From: Candidatus Latescibacterota bacterium
Lineage (GTDB): Bacteria > Latescibacterota > UBA2968 > GCA-2709665
DNA: 64,000 nucleotides
NCBI GenBank assembly: GCA_965237675.1
Contig: OZ250150.1
Span: forward strand, 1,568,001-1,632,000
Reading direction: 5' to 3'
Shown here: positions 47,490-58,493 of the stretch, piece after piece
Layout of the letters: every line of letters starts with the position of its first letter
Numbering within the stretch: the stretch's first letter is position 1
The notes under the pieces: model-generated
Seen by the model: the letters and a program-made list of their open reading frames with translations, nothing else
Told to the model about the DNA's origin: nothing
Database searches by the model: none
Made by a program: the position numbers and the translations under genes

Positions 47490-47739
47490 GATACACTCCT
47501 GGTTCGAAACCGGTTACGGAAGCGTGCGGGCGGACAGGGACAATAAGTCAAAGCGGCCATCGGATGTCAACGATTAGGCGTTGTGCCATGGGCGGCGGCC
47601 GCCCGATATCCCGCTTTGCGCAAGCGACAACGGAGGGTCTTTGGGGCAGCCGTGGAGGGGCCCACCACGGCAGGATGTTTTTTTGCTGACAGAAAGCCGT
47701 TTTTTTGTTTTCTTGTAGAGGAACTCATTAGTGGGTCGC

Positions 47740-47795
47740 GTGTTCTGTCACTGAAATAGATTGCCGAATGGTGACATATTTCTGGGACAGAACAC
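47740..47795. repeat. 56-57-bp palindromic mini-element, copy 1
   Basis: GTGTTCTGTCACTGAAATA...TATTTCTGGGACAGAACAC; second copy at 50622-50678. Confidence 0.8.
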
Positions 47796-47818
47796 CAGTT
47801 ATCGGCAAAGGAGAAATC

Positions 47819-50605
47819 ATGAATCGGCGTCCGGCGGGATGGGTTGTTCTTGGTGTGCTGGTTGGCGGGTATTTCGGAATCAGTTTTTTGGTGTCGTACT
47901 ATACGGATTGGCTCTGGTTCAGGAGTCTGGAGTACGATTCGGTTTTCTGGCGGATCATTCGCGCCCGCTTCGGGTCGGGCCTGATTTTCGGTGCGATTGC
48001 GGCGGTCGTGGTGGGGGTAAACCTGTGGATTGCCGGACGGGTTACGCGGCGGGCGTTGCGGGTCGACGACGAGGCCGGTGGCATGTTGCAGTCCAGGAAA
48101 ACCTACCTTTTCATCGCGGCCGTGTTGGTGTTTGTCCTGGGCAACATCGGCGCCAGCCAGTGGCCGGTTCTGTTGCGGTACCTCTACGAACAGCCGTTCG
48201 GCGCCTCCGATCCGATTTTCAATCGGGAGGTGGGGTTTTATGTGTTTCAGTTGCCGTTTTACGATTTCGTTTCCGGGTTTCTGATTGCGGCGCTCGTGCT
48301 GGCGGCGCTGGTGGTGGTGGTGGTGTATGTGGTGGCGGGCGGCATCGGGTTCCGGGAGGGGCTCGAGGTGACTGAACGGCCCATGGCCCATCTTTCGGCA
48401 TTGGGCGGTGTATTTCTTCTGGCGCTGGCATGGAAGTACCGGCTGAAAATTTTCGGCCTGCTGTATTCGCAGGGGCGGTTTTTCGGAGCCGGTTACGTGG
48501 ATGTCAACGTTCAGATCTGGGCTTACTGGGTAATGGTAATTGTCTTTCTGGTGACGGCGGTGTTTCTGTTTATGAACGTCAGAGCGCGCAATACCCGGCT
48601 GCCGCTCAAGGGTATCGGTGTGCTGGTCGTCGGCACAATCGTCGTTGGGGCGATCCCCGCCACCGTGGTCCAGAAGCTGGTGGTGGAGCCGAGCGAACTT
48701 CGCCGGGAAGCCCCATATATCAAGTATAATATCGAGGCGACGAATCGGGCCTACGGGCTTGATCGGATCGAGGAACAGCCGTTCGAGGCTTCGGACGACC
48801 TGACGCTGGAGGATATTCGCGCCAACCCGCTGACGATGCGCAACATTCGGATCTGGGATGAGCGCCCCCTGAAACAGACTTATCAGCAGGTGCAGGAGAT
48901 CCGGCCGTACTACGTATTTCCGAATGTGGATGTGGACCGGTACACGGTGGATGGCGTCTACAGGCAGGTGATGCTGTCCGCCCGGGAACTGGATACGAAC
49001 CGGTTGCCCTCTCAGGCGAGGAACTGGGTCAACGAGCGTCTGCAGTATACCCACGGATACGGGGTGGCAATGAGCCCGGTCAACCACGTGAGCTCGGAGG
49101 GGCTGCCGGCATTCATGATAAAGGATATCCCGCCGATCGCGGATTCGGGGCTGGAGGTCGAGCAGCCCGAGGTTTATTACGGGGAGAGAACCTACGCTTA
49201 TGTGGTGGTAAAGACGGGGATTGAGGAATTCGACTACCCGAAGGGAGACGATAACCGGTATTCGACGTACCAGGGGCTGGGGGGCGTGCCCACGGGCAGC
49301 TTCTTCAATCGAATGGCGTTCGCCATTCGATTCTGGGACGTGAGCCTCCTGTTGAGCGGTTACATATTGCCTGAAAGCCGCATCATGTTCCGCCGGCAGA
49401 TTCGGGAGCGGGTTCAGACGCTGGTGCCCTTTCTCCTATACGATACCGATCCCTATATCGTGGTTTCCGAAGGCAGGCTTTTCTGGATTCAGGACGCGTA
49501 CACGATTTCGGATATGTATCCATATTCGACACGATCGGGGCGGATGCGGATCAACTACATCAGGAACTCGGTGAAGGTGGTGGTCGATGCCTATAACGGC
49601 ACGGTCACGTATTACCAGGTGGATACGGAAGACCCGTTGATTCGGTCCTATGGGGAGATGTTTCCGGGGCTGTTCCAGCCGATGTCCGCCATGCCGGAAG
49701 ATTTGAAGGCGCACGTGAGGTATCCGATCGACCTGTTTTTCCGACAGGCGGTTATGTACCGGAATTACCATATGGAAGACGTCAACGTCTTTTTCAACCA
49801 GGAGGATCTCTGGGAGGTCCCCAACGAGATCTACAGCGACCAGCCACAGGCAATGCTGCCTTACTATATTATCGTCAAGCTGCCGGGAGAGGACCGGGAG
49901 GAGTTTCTGCTGATGGTGCCGTTTACCCCGGCAAAGAGAGACAATATGATTGCGTGGCTCGCCGCGCGGTCGGATGGAGAAAATTACGGGCATCTGCTGG
50001 TGTACAAACTGCCCAAAGACAAGCTGATCTACGGCCCGATGCAGATCGAGGCCCGGGTGGATCAGCAGCCGGAGATCTCCAGCCGGTTGACGTTGTGGGG
50101 GCAGCGGGGGTCGGAGGTGATCCGGGGGAACCTGCTGGCGATTCCGGTGGAGCGGTCGTTCATCTATGTCGAACCGATCTATCTGCAGGCCAGGCAGGAG
50201 CCCGAACAGCAGGGGTACGGGCAGGAGGGAGAGGGCTTCCCCGGGGCGCAGGGCGGCGGATCCCCGCCGAGGCGCCAGCAGGAACGCAGTTCGGCGATTC
50301 CGGAGTTGAAGCAGGTGATTGTCGCATTCGGCGGACGGGTGGTGATGCGGAATACGTTCGAAGAGGCACTTACAGTCCTGTTCGGGGCGGGGTCCGGCGC
50401 CGTCTTCACCGCGAGTGAGGAGGAAATACCGACGCCTTCCGTTGCCTTGGAGACGGGGCGGTCGGCGTCCGAACTGGCGGCGCAGGCGGAAACGCACTAT
50501 TCCCGGGTCAGAACGGCGCTGCAGCAGTGGGACTGGGAACAGGCTGGGAAGGAGATGAAGGCGCTGGAGGAGGCGATCAGGGCGCTGAAGGAAGAGTTGA
50601 AATAG
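47819..50605 (+). CDS. UPF0182 family membrane protein
   Basis: YTDWLWFRSL, DPIFNREVGFYVFQLP, NIRIWD, YTHGYG, NYIRNSVK, GNLLAIP. Confidence 0.92.
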   Translation: MNRRPAGWVVLGVLVGGYFGISFLVSYYTDWLWFRSLEYDSVFWRIIRARFGSGLIFGAIAAVVVGVNLWIAGRVTRRALRVDDEAGGMLQSRKTYLFIAAVLVFVLGNIGASQWPVLLRYLYEQPFGASDPIFNREVGFYVFQLPFYDFVSGFLIAALVLAALVVVVVYVVAGGIGFREGLEVTERPMAHLSALGGVFLLALAWKYRLKIFGLLYSQGRFFGAGYVDVNVQIWAYWVMVIVFLVTAVFLFMNVRARNTRLPLKGIGVLVVGTIVVGAIPATVVQKLVVEPSELRREAPYIKYNIEATNRAYGLDRIEEQPFEASDDLTLEDIRANPLTMRNIRIWDERPLKQTYQQVQEIRPYYVFPNVDVDRYTVDGVYRQVMLSARELDTNRLPSQARNWVNERLQYTHGYGVAMSPVNHVSSEGLPAFMIKDIPPIADSGLEVEQPEVYYGERTYAYVVVKTGIEEFDYPKGDDNRYSTYQGLGGVPTGSFFNRMAFAIRFWDVSLLLSGYILPESRIMFRRQIRERVQTLVPFLLYDTDPYIVVSEGRLFWIQDAYTISDMYPYSTRSGRMRINYIRNSVKVVVDAYNGTVTYYQVDTEDPLIRSYGEMFPGLFQPMSAMPEDLKAHVRYPIDLFFRQAVMYRNYHMEDVNVFFNQEDLWEVPNEIYSDQPQAMLPYYIIVKLPGEDREEFLLMVPFTPAKRDNMIAWLAARSDGENYGHLLVYKLPKDKLIYGPMQIEARVDQQPEISSRLTLWGQRGSEVIRGNLLAIPVERSFIYVEPIYLQARQEPEQQGYGQEGEGFPGAQGGGSPPRRQQERSSAIPELKQVIVAFGGRVVMRNTFEEALTVLFGAGSGAVFTASEEEIPTPSVALETGRSASELAAQAETHYSRVRTALQQWDWEQAGKEMKALEEAIRALKEELK

Positions 50606-50621
50606 AAGCCGGAAGGTCCTC

Positions 50622-50678
50622 GTGTTCTGTCCCGGAAATAGATTGCCTGAATGGTGACATATTTCTGGGACGGGACAC
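50622..50678. repeat. 56-57-bp palindromic mini-element, copy 2
   Basis: GTGTTCTGTCCCGGAAATA...TATTTCTGGGACGGGACAC. Confidence 0.8.
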
Positions 50679-50715
50679 TTTAGGGCGGGGTTCCATTTCT
50701 GTGAAGGATCTGCGG

Positions 50716-51690
50716 ATGGCGGTGAAGGTTGGTTTTATCGGCGCGGGGAACATCTCGCGTGCGCATCGGCGGCATTTGAAGCACATCGACGCCGCGACGG
50801 TGGTGTCCATTTGCGACGTGGACGAGGCGAGGGCCGCCGAGGCGGCGGCGGAGTGGGATGCCAGGATATTCACGGACTACAAGTCCATGTTGAACGAGGT
50901 GGAGTTGGATGCGGTTTACATCTGCATCCCTCCCTTTGCGCACGAGATGCAGGAGATCCTGGCCGCGGAGAAAGGGATCGCGCTGTTTGTCGAGAAGCCG
51001 ATCGGCCTGGGCATGGATACGGCGCGGGAGGCGGATGCGGCCATCCGGGAACACGGCGTGATTTCGTGCGTGGGCTTCCAGGGTCGGTATCTGGACATTA
51101 TCGAGAAAACGCAGGATCTGCTTGCAAGCCGCCCGGTGGGGCTTGCGATCGGGTATTGGATGAGCGGGCTGCCGGGCACGTACTGGTGGCGGCGGAAGCA
51201 GATGTCCGGCGGGCAGGCCGTAGAGCAGACGGTTCACGTGACGGATATGGCCAGGTATCTGTTCGGTGACGTGAAAACGGTTTATGCCGGAGGCCGTACG
51301 GGTTTGATAACGGACGTGGAGGACTACGATATTGAAGACGCGAGCGCGGCCACCTTGATTTTTGAGAACGGAATGCTGGCGACGCTTTTTTCAGCCTGTT
51401 TCCTTTCGTGTGGGCATCGAGGCGGGCTGGATATCTACACGAAGGATATGGTCATCGAGTACAAGGAGCGGAAATCGATTACGGTTGTGCAGGCGGATCG
51501 GTCCGAGTGTATCCATGTTGGAAACGACTACTGGCAGGAAATGGATAACGCGTTTATTGAGGCGGTGCGCACCGGTGACGGATCGAAACTGCGTTGTCCG
51601 TACTCGGATGCCGTGAAGACCCAACAGGTGGTTATGGCGGTGAACCGGTCGCTCGAGACGGGCGAACCGGTATCGGTTGCGGAAATTTGA
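50716..51690 (+). CDS. Gfo/Idh/MocA family oxidoreductase
   Basis: VGFIGAGNI, FVEKP, GGQAVEQTVHVTD. Confidence 0.9.
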   Translation: MAVKVGFIGAGNISRAHRRHLKHIDAATVVSICDVDEARAAEAAAEWDARIFTDYKSMLNEVELDAVYICIPPFAHEMQEILAAEKGIALFVEKPIGLGMDTAREADAAIREHGVISCVGFQGRYLDIIEKTQDLLASRPVGLAIGYWMSGLPGTYWWRRKQMSGGQAVEQTVHVTDMARYLFGDVKTVYAGGRTGLITDVEDYDIEDASAATLIFENGMLATLFSACFLSCGHRGGLDIYTKDMVIEYKERKSITVVQADRSECIHVGNDYWQEMDNAFIEAVRTGDGSKLRCPYSDAVKTQQVVMAVNRSLETGEPVSVAEI

Positions 51691-51800
51691 GACCTCCCGA
51701 TCGTCCGGTTTTGTGGATACGGTGACGCGTTCCACGCCGCATCGGGTTCCGACGCGGAATTCGGCCGGTTCGATTCGCCAGGTTATGACGTCTTCAAACG

Positions 51801-51835
51801 AAAAAGGGCGCTGCAAAAACCGCAGCGCCCTTTTT
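51801..51835. terminator. Bidirectional intrinsic terminator
   Basis: AAAAAGGGCGCTGC-AAAAACC-GCAGCGCCCTTTTT between convergent genes. Confidence 0.85.
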
Positions 51836-51851
51836 GTGCGGTTGTTCGCTG

Positions 51852-53423
51852 CTATTTGTACCTGGTCATCTGGCCGGATTTCAGTCGGTTCCAGTATTCG
51901 GTGAGAGTGGCTTTGATCTGTTGGCTCAGGATCACGCCGCCGATGATGTTGGGGAAGGCCATTCCAAGGATCATCATGTCAGTGAAGCTGAGCACGTTGT
52001 CCAGGGCGGTAACGGCGCCCAGGAAGACAAAAACGACGAAGATAACGCGGTACCCAATGATGGTCTCTTCTCCGAAAAGATACTCCCAGGCTCGCTCGCC
52101 GTAATAGGACCAGGATATCATCGTGGAATAGGCAAAGAGCACGACGGCGATTGCGAGCACATAGCGGGCGCCGGGAATGAAGGTTTCGAAAGCCGCGGCT
52201 GTCATCGCGGCGCCGACCGGTTGTCCCTGCTGGGCCTGGCCGATAAATTGAGGGTCTGCGTAGACGCCCGTGATCAGACAGACGAGGCCCGTCATCAGGC
52301 AGATGACGATTGTGTCAATAAAGGGTCCGATCATGGCGACCATGCCCTCGCGGGCGGGTTCGTCGGTTTTGGCGGCGGCATGCGCGAACGCCGCGGACCC
52401 GAGGCCGGCCTCGTTCGAGAAGGCGGCGCGCTTGATACCGGTTACCAGCACACCCACAAAGCCGCCGTAGAGCGCATAGGGGGAAAAGGCATGGCTGACG
52501 ATGGTGACCAGCAATTCCGGAATCCGGGTAAAGTTGGAAACGATGATCAGAAGGCAGGCGGCCACGTACAAGAGGCACATAGTGGGCACCACCCGGGACG
52601 TGACGCGGCCGATTCGCCGGATGCCGCCGATAATGACTACGGCGACCATGGCGGCGAGCAGGATGCCGACCAACCAGTTGTAGGTTTTGAAGACCGGCGA
52701 AACGGTACCCAGTATTTCCAGGGTCTGATTGGCCTGGAACATATTGCCGCCGCCCAGGCTTCCGCCGACGGTGAGAAAAGCGAACATCACGGCCAGGGTA
52801 CGGCCGAATTCCCGCAGGCCCTTTGATTTGAGGCCGTTTTCCAGGTAATACATGGGTCCGCCGGAGACACGGCCGTCGGGGTGTATGTTCCTGTACATAA
52901 TCGCCAGGGTGCAGGAGGCGAGTTTGGAGGACATGCCGAAGATCGCGGTGACGAGCATCCAGAAAATCGCACCCGGCCCGCCAAGGCTGACGGCGATGGC
53001 CACGCCTGCAATGTTCCCCAGACCGACCGTGGCCGAAAGCGCGCTGGTGAGGGCCTGAAAATGGGAAATTTCTCCGGGATCGTCCGGATTGTCGAAGCGC
53101 CCGCGGATGATGTCGATGGAGTGGCGGAACCCCCTTATGGAGAGCCAGCCGAAGAAGAAGGAATAATAAATTCCCCCCAGTAGAAGGACCAGAACGATGA
53201 GTGGAATACCCGTGCCGAACCGCGCGAAGAGAATGGCTTCCAGGAGCTTGACCGAGGTCCCGAAAAGGCTGTCGAGTTCGGCAAGTTGTGCCTGTATCCA
53301 ATCGTTGGACACGGCCGGTTCCAGAGCGGCGGTTTCTTGTCCGAAGGCCAGGATGGGAAAGACGAGTGTCAGCAGCCAGATTGAACTGAATAACACCACG
53401 GAACCACGATTGACTCTATGCAT
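51852..53423 (-). CDS. Alanine/glycine:cation symporter (AGCS family)
   Basis: SHFQAL, ATVGLGNIAGVA, GGPGAIFWM, GGPMYY, FSNEAGLGS. Confidence 0.93.
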   Translation of the reverse strand: MHRVNRGSVVLFSSIWLLTLVFPILAFGQETAALEPAVSNDWIQAQLAELDSLFGTSVKLLEAILFARFGTGIPLIVLVLLLGGIYYSFFFGWLSIRGFRHSIDIIRGRFDNPDDPGEISHFQALTSALSATVGLGNIAGVAIAVSLGGPGAIFWMLVTAIFGMSSKLASCTLAIMYRNIHPDGRVSGGPMYYLENGLKSKGLREFGRTLAVMFAFLTVGGSLGGGNMFQANQTLEILGTVSPVFKTYNWLVGILLAAMVAVVIIGGIRRIGRVTSRVVPTMCLLYVAACLLIIVSNFTRIPELLVTIVSHAFSPYALYGGFVGVLVTGIKRAAFSNEAGLGSAAFAHAAAKTDEPAREGMVAMIGPFIDTIVICLMTGLVCLITGVYADPQFIGQAQQGQPVGAAMTAAAFETFIPGARYVLAIAVVLFAYSTMISWSYYGERAWEYLFGEETIIGYRVIFVVFVFLGAVTALDNVLSFTDMMILGMAFPNIIGGVILSQQIKATLTEYWNRLKSGQMTRYK

Positions 53424-53584
53424 AAAGACCTTCCTTGCCATCGGGTTGTGGGATACGCAAGTGTTGAACGCACGTCGCGTTGCGTGAATATGTTGAATCC
53501 TGAGCCGATAGGCAACAGCAATCCCACACGCTCGAATCACGCTTCCGAAAGGCGACATACAGCCCGTTCGGCTTATTCCAACCG

Positions 53585-54463
53585 TTACTGAATTGCAGTC
53601 TCCTCACCATCACTCGGGCTTCGGCCGGTAATCCAGCGCAGGCGCTCCTCGTGTGATATCTCCGCGAGCCGGAGGTTCTCCTCGGTGACGGATAGACACC
53701 GTGAAATCTCCCTGTACCCGCGGATGAAGGTCTCGGCGTAGCCGATGTTGGCCTTCCACCCCTGAAATCCGGCGCTGGACTCGATCCGCTTTCTCGCGAA
53801 TTCCGCCGTGTGCCCCTGGGATTCGAAGATTGTTTCGGCCTTTATCCGATTGTCGACCTGGTCGGAGATATCGATACAGACGTCCACCTCGTGGAAGCCG
53901 TAGTCGACGCCCGTATAGTAGATGGAAGCCACCCTGTGAGGCGCGCGATTCCGCTCAGTGTCGGGGATGGACACGTGGTTGAGCGCCTTTTGCACGGCAA
54001 TACCGGCCGCGGTATGGTCGTTGACCCATGCGTAGTGACAGCGGCGGTCGGGCAAGGTGTAGGGCGCATGGGTCAGAATCATTTGAGGACGGACATCGTA
54101 CAGAATCTCGGCAAGCGCCGACACCACGTCGTCGGTGACCTCAAGGGGATGATCGGAGAATGGCAGTACCGTCACGTCGGTGATGCCGAAGACGGCGCAG
54201 GCCTTCACGAATTCGCGTGTTTTGCGCTTTGCATAACTCTCCCGGGATCCGTCAACGACGTTCTTGTCTCTCCGGCCGGGCGGCTTGCGCAGTTCGTCGG
54301 CCAGTTTTTCGTTGTGGGTGCGCTGCCCGCCGGTTAACGCCACCACGGAAACGGGGTCGCCGCGGTCGACATGGTGCGCACAGGTACCCCCCATGTGGCA
54401 CACATCGTGCGGATGAGCGACTACGACCAGGAGTTTGAGACCACCTTCGTTTGGGGACGACAT
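53585..54463 (-). CDS. PIG-L/LmbE family deacetylase
   Basis: VVAHPHD, LTGG, NDH, FESQ, YAETF. Confidence 0.8.
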   Translation of the reverse strand: MSSPNEGGLKLLVVVAHPHDVCHMGGTCAHHVDRGDPVSVVALTGGQRTHNEKLADELRKPPGRRDKNVVDGSRESYAKRKTREFVKACAVFGITDVTVLPFSDHPLEVTDDVVSALAEILYDVRPQMILTHAPYTLPDRRCHYAWVNDHTAAGIAVQKALNHVSIPDTERNRAPHRVASIYYTGVDYGFHEVDVCIDISDQVDNRIKAETIFESQGHTAEFARKRIESSAGFQGWKANIGYAETFIRGYREISRCLSVTEENLRLAEISHEERLRWITGRSPSDGEETAIQ

Positions 54464-54535
54464 GGGTTGATCCCCTTTCCGGCTGCGATGGGTTGAAAGC
54501 ACTTCGGCGTGCCGTGCCTTGTCGCCAAACCTGTG

Positions 54536-56212
54536 TCAGGCCGGCGGAGACCACGCCGGCGGGGCGATGCCCTCGATATGGGTTTTGACGTCGATAACGG
54601 CGGGTTTTCCGGATGCGATCGCCTGGTCGAGGGCGCTGCCGAACGCTCCTGTACGGCGGACCGTGATGCCAAGGCAGCCCATCGATACCGCCATTCCGGC
54701 GAAGTCGCCGTCCGTCATATGCCAGAGTTCGTCGGATCCCGGGTCCGGGCCTCCGTAGATATCTTCGTTGAGTTCCTTTTCCTGGTTCAGCGAATGGTTG
54801 TTGTTTACAACGATGACAACGGGAATGTCGTTTCGAAGGGCGGTGTCGAGTTCCGTGACGTGGTACCAGATGCCGCCGTCACCCGTAAAGCACACAACCG
54901 GGCGATCCGGTGCGGCGCACCGGGCGCCGATGGCCGCGGGGATTCCCCAACCGAGGGAACCGGAACATCGGACATAGGACTGACCCGGATGTATGAGATC
55001 GATCATGGTACCGGTCCAGATTCCGGAGTGGCCGGTATCGGAAACAAGAATGGCATTGGGAGGAAGGTGTCTCGTCAGTTCCCCACACAGCCGCTCGGGC
55101 CGAATGGGCACGTCATCGGAGTTGACGAACGGGGCCACGTTCTCCCGCCATTCGGAGGTGAGTTGCCGGACGCGCGACATCCAGGCGTTTCGGTGGGTGG
55201 GTGGGGGTGCGGCTTCGATCAGCCTGGACAGGCCGGCTCGCGCGTCGGCCTGAATGCCAAGCAGGATCGGGTAGGAGCGTCCGATTTCAGCGGGATTGAT
55301 ATCGAGTTGGAGAACAGGGGTGCCGGCACGGGGAACGGTCCAATCGTTCGTGACCTGCCCACCGGTATGGCTGCCGATAAAGAAGACCAGGTCCGCCTCG
55401 GAGACGGCGCGGTTGGCGCATTCGCGAGAGTACAAACCGCAGACGCCCACGGCGAGGGGATGGTCATAGGGGAAGGACGCTTTGGCGTTCAACGAAGTCG
55501 CTACGGGTATGGAGAGCCTTTCCGCGAAGGTCTGAAGCTCCGCGCTGGCGCCGGAGGCGATGATCCCGCCACCCGCGACGATGATTGGGCGTTTCGCCGC
55601 CGTCAGCAGATCAACCGCCTCGTGGACGGACGCGGGCTCCGGCTCGGGGCGAAACGGAGGCAGTTGGGAGAAGGGTTCTTCAACGACCACATCCAGTTCG
55701 GCCTCGCCGTTCGCTACGATTTCCCCGATGAATCCTGCGATGTCGAGGTGAACAGGCCCGGGGGTTGCCGTGGTGGCTTCCCGGAAGGCCTGCCTGAGAA
55801 AATAGGGGAGCTGATCCGGCTGGTCCACCAGAACGTTGTACTTGGTTACCGCATCGAAAGGCGCAACGTGATCCACTTCCTGGTACGCGTGCCTGTGCCG
55901 GTTGATCTGTGTCTGACGGCCGGTGATCGCGATGACGGGAGAACATGCGAGGTATGCGTCCTGAAGTCCGGCCGCGAGGTTTGCGGCGCCCACGGATTGG
56001 GCCATACAGATGCCTGCGCCACGGCGGACACGCGCATAGGCGTCGGCCATATAGGCCGCGCTTTTTTCGCCATGGGTCATGATGCGCCGGATACCGAGCC
56101 GCTCCATTTCCATCAGGGCGCGAGGCGCGATCACGGGCATGAAAAAGACATGGGTGATACCGTGCCCGTGGAACGTCTCAGCGATGAACCGACCGCCGGT
56201 CAGGCGGGGCAT
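54536..56212 (-). CDS. Thiamine pyrophosphate-binding enzyme (acetolactate synthase-like)
   Basis: HGEKSAAYMADAYAR, GSLGWGIPAAIGA, GDGG...NN. Confidence 0.9.
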   Translation of the reverse strand: MPRLTGGRFIAETFHGHGITHVFFMPVIAPRALMEMERLGIRRIMTHGEKSAAYMADAYARVRRGAGICMAQSVGAANLAAGLQDAYLACSPVIAITGRQTQINRHRHAYQEVDHVAPFDAVTKYNVLVDQPDQLPYFLRQAFREATTATPGPVHLDIAGFIGEIVANGEAELDVVVEEPFSQLPPFRPEPEPASVHEAVDLLTAAKRPIIVAGGGIIASGASAELQTFAERLSIPVATSLNAKASFPYDHPLAVGVCGLYSRECANRAVSEADLVFFIGSHTGGQVTNDWTVPRAGTPVLQLDINPAEIGRSYPILLGIQADARAGLSRLIEAAPPPTHRNAWMSRVRQLTSEWRENVAPFVNSDDVPIRPERLCGELTRHLPPNAILVSDTGHSGIWTGTMIDLIHPGQSYVRCSGSLGWGIPAAIGARCAAPDRPVVCFTGDGGIWYHVTELDTALRNDIPVVIVVNNNHSLNQEKELNEDIYGGPDPGSDELWHMTDGDFAGMAVSMGCLGITVRRTGAFGSALDQAIASGKPAVIDVKTHIEGIAPPAWSPPA

Positions 56213-56508
56213 GAATTCGCTCCTCTACGATGTATTGTCATGTGGGGCGCAGGCGGAAGTTGTTGGGCGCGTGGATCGAAATCTAAGGTGACAAGGTTGA
56301 ATTTGAAAGTGAAAACGGGACGGCCCGGAGAAACGCGAATCGGCGACGACAGCCCTCCGCGCCTCTATTGCGTCCCGTAAAGACGAGGTTCCAGTCTCTC
56401 TGGCGGACGTTGAACCCGGTGTTTCCGCTTGACTTTTCACGCCGTGTGGGAGATTATGAGACCTGCGGCGCTTTCGCCCGTCGCAGCGCGTAAATTCAGG
56501 AGGTCGGT

Positions 56509-57501
56509 GTGGAGCTTTCTCTGTATCTGCCTATTGCGGGCACGAGCGTCAACCTATGGATCTTGTTGACGTTGGGTGCTGGCGTGGGTTTGCTTTCCGG
56601 TCTTTTCGGCGTGGGTGGCGGGTTTCTTTTGACGCCTCTGTTAATCATGATCGGGATTCCACCCACGATTGCCGCGGCATCCGACGCCAATCAGATCGTA
56701 GCCGCGTCCGCATCCGGCGTGTACGCCCACTGGCGGCTGAAAAACGTCGATCTGCGTATGGCCTTTTTTCTGATTCTGGGTGGGTTCGCCGGAGGTGCGG
56801 CCGGGGTGCACCTTATCAAGGTGCTGCGGGCCGTCGGCAGCGCGGACCTTGCCATACATATCAGCTATGTGCTCATGCTGGCGTCCGTGGGTGGCTTTAT
56901 GTTTGTGGAGGGTCTGCTGAGTCGGCGTACCGGAGAGACGGTGAAGGCCGCAGACCGGTCCAGGGAGGAATTGCGAATCACCTGGGCGAAACGCCCGCTG
57001 GCATGGGTGAGTAAGATGGCCCGTGTGGTGTCCTGGGTCGTCGGGCTCAACCGGGCGCTGCCGTGGAAAATACGGTTCGAGACGGCCGGCATGACCATGT
57101 CGTTGCTGGTTCCGCTGGGGCTGGGCGTCCTCGTGGGTATGCTGGCGGCGATTATGGGGGTTGGCGGCGGGTTTATCATGGTGCCAACCATGCTGTATGT
57201 GTTGAAAATGCCCATGCACGTGGTGGTGGGAACCAGCCTGTTGCAGGTGATGTTTACATGTATCAACGTGACCCTGATGCATGCGTATACGAATCATACC
57301 GTGGATTTTGTGCTGGCGTTGATGCTGCTTGCGGGGTCAACGTTGGGTACGCAGGCGGGCGTGCGAATTGGCAGGCGGTTAGGGGCAGAGCAGTTCAAGA
57401 TGCTTCTGGCGGCGATTGTGCTCCTGGTGATGGCAAACATGCTGGCGGATCTTCTGCTGGAGCCGGCGATCAGGCTTTCCGACTGGGGAGGGCTCGGATG
57501 A
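56509..57501 (+). CDS. Sulfite exporter TauE/SafE family protein
   Basis: GLFGVGGGFLLTP and GVGGGFIMVP repeats. Confidence 0.9.
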   Translation: MELSLYLPIAGTSVNLWILLTLGAGVGLLSGLFGVGGGFLLTPLLIMIGIPPTIAAASDANQIVAASASGVYAHWRLKNVDLRMAFFLILGGFAGGAAGVHLIKVLRAVGSADLAIHISYVLMLASVGGFMFVEGLLSRRTGETVKAADRSREELRITWAKRPLAWVSKMARVVSWVVGLNRALPWKIRFETAGMTMSLLVPLGLGVLVGMLAAIMGVGGGFIMVPTMLYVLKMPMHVVVGTSLLQVMFTCINVTLMHAYTNHTVDFVLALMLLAGSTLGTQAGVRIGRRLGAEQFKMLLAAIVLLVMANMLADLLLEPAIRLSDWGGLG

Positions 57502-58238
57502 AATATCGGGTCCGGGTCGGAATGTTTCTGACGCTTCTGTCCGTGCCCTGCGCGGCACAACCGTCGCTCCAGCTGGTCCCTTCACGCATTGAGGTCGACC
57601 TTTTTTTCCGGGGCGCGGAACTTGTCGCGACCGGGACGGTCCCGAGAGATTGCCGGGTCGTTTTGAAGCTGGAAGGGGAGCGGCGCGTCGTGGCTTATCG
57701 CAGAAAGGACAGACGCGGTCCTTTATGGATAGGTACGGGCCGCGTTGTATTCGACTCGCTCCCCGGTCTGTATTTGGTCGCTTCCTCCAGCGATTCGCCG
57801 GACGTTGGGCTGCAGCTGGAAACCGTGGGGGTGGGCTTTGAAGCGCTACGGCGGAACGTCTCCATTGAACAGTCGCCACCCGCCGATGACGGCTTCGTTT
57901 TCGACGAGTTCCTGCGTCTGGAAAAACAACGTGGTTTTTACGCGGTGCGGCCCGGATCGCTGGTGTTGTCAGATCGAGACGGCGCATTGGCGGAGTTTCG
58001 CACGGAATTCCGGATTCCGGCCACGGTGCGACCCGGAGCCTATCGAGCGACACTTTACTGCTTCAAAGAACACCATCCGGTTTCGGAGACCGTTCGGACC
58101 TTTACCGTCGAAAAAGCCGGGCTCGTTCGAGTGCTTTCCGTCGCCGCCTTCCAGCATGGGGGTCTCTACGGCCTGATCTCGGTTGTCGTGGCGCTGGCTG
58201 CGGGGTTGGTTGTGGGCGTGATCTTCCGTAAATTGTAA
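57498..58238 (+). CDS. TIGR02186-like protein (TauE partner)
   Basis: ATGA overlap; IEVDLFFRG, RRKDRRGPLWI, C-terminal TM helix. Confidence 0.75.
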   Translation: MKYRVRVGMFLTLLSVPCAAQPSLQLVPSRIEVDLFFRGAELVATGTVPRDCRVVLKLEGERRVVAYRRKDRRGPLWIGTGRVVFDSLPGLYLVASSSDSPDVGLQLETVGVGFEALRRNVSIEQSPPADDGFVFDEFLRLEKQRGFYAVRPGSLVLSDRDGALAEFRTEFRIPATVRPGAYRATLYCFKEHHPVSETVRTFTVEKAGLVRVLSVAAFQHGGLYGLISVVVALAAGLVVGVIFRKL

Positions 58239-58493
58239 TGGGCACACGACGATGCGCATGAGGAGGGCGGTCGTGGTCATGTCCCATGGGGCGTTGCGTC
58301 CGCTCAGTTGCCCATACGCCGCGAGTCAGTGACGGTTTTGCGGCTCCCGATAATAACCTCTGTTCCGGCGGGTGGGCATTGGGGATGCTATCGGGATGGA
58401 TAGACGGTCCGGCGGGAAATGCAGCGAGGAGAGGGAATCTCACTTCTTTGAAGCGAGTATCCTCAACCCGCCGCCCGGGAAAGGAGTTCTGGC

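Noticed and set aside
40483-56380. Long antisense ORFs (40483-42012, 42201-43664, 47567-49087, 54509-56380; also 25411-26904)
   Set aside because: Shadow ORFs opposite well-supported genes in GC-rich DNA.
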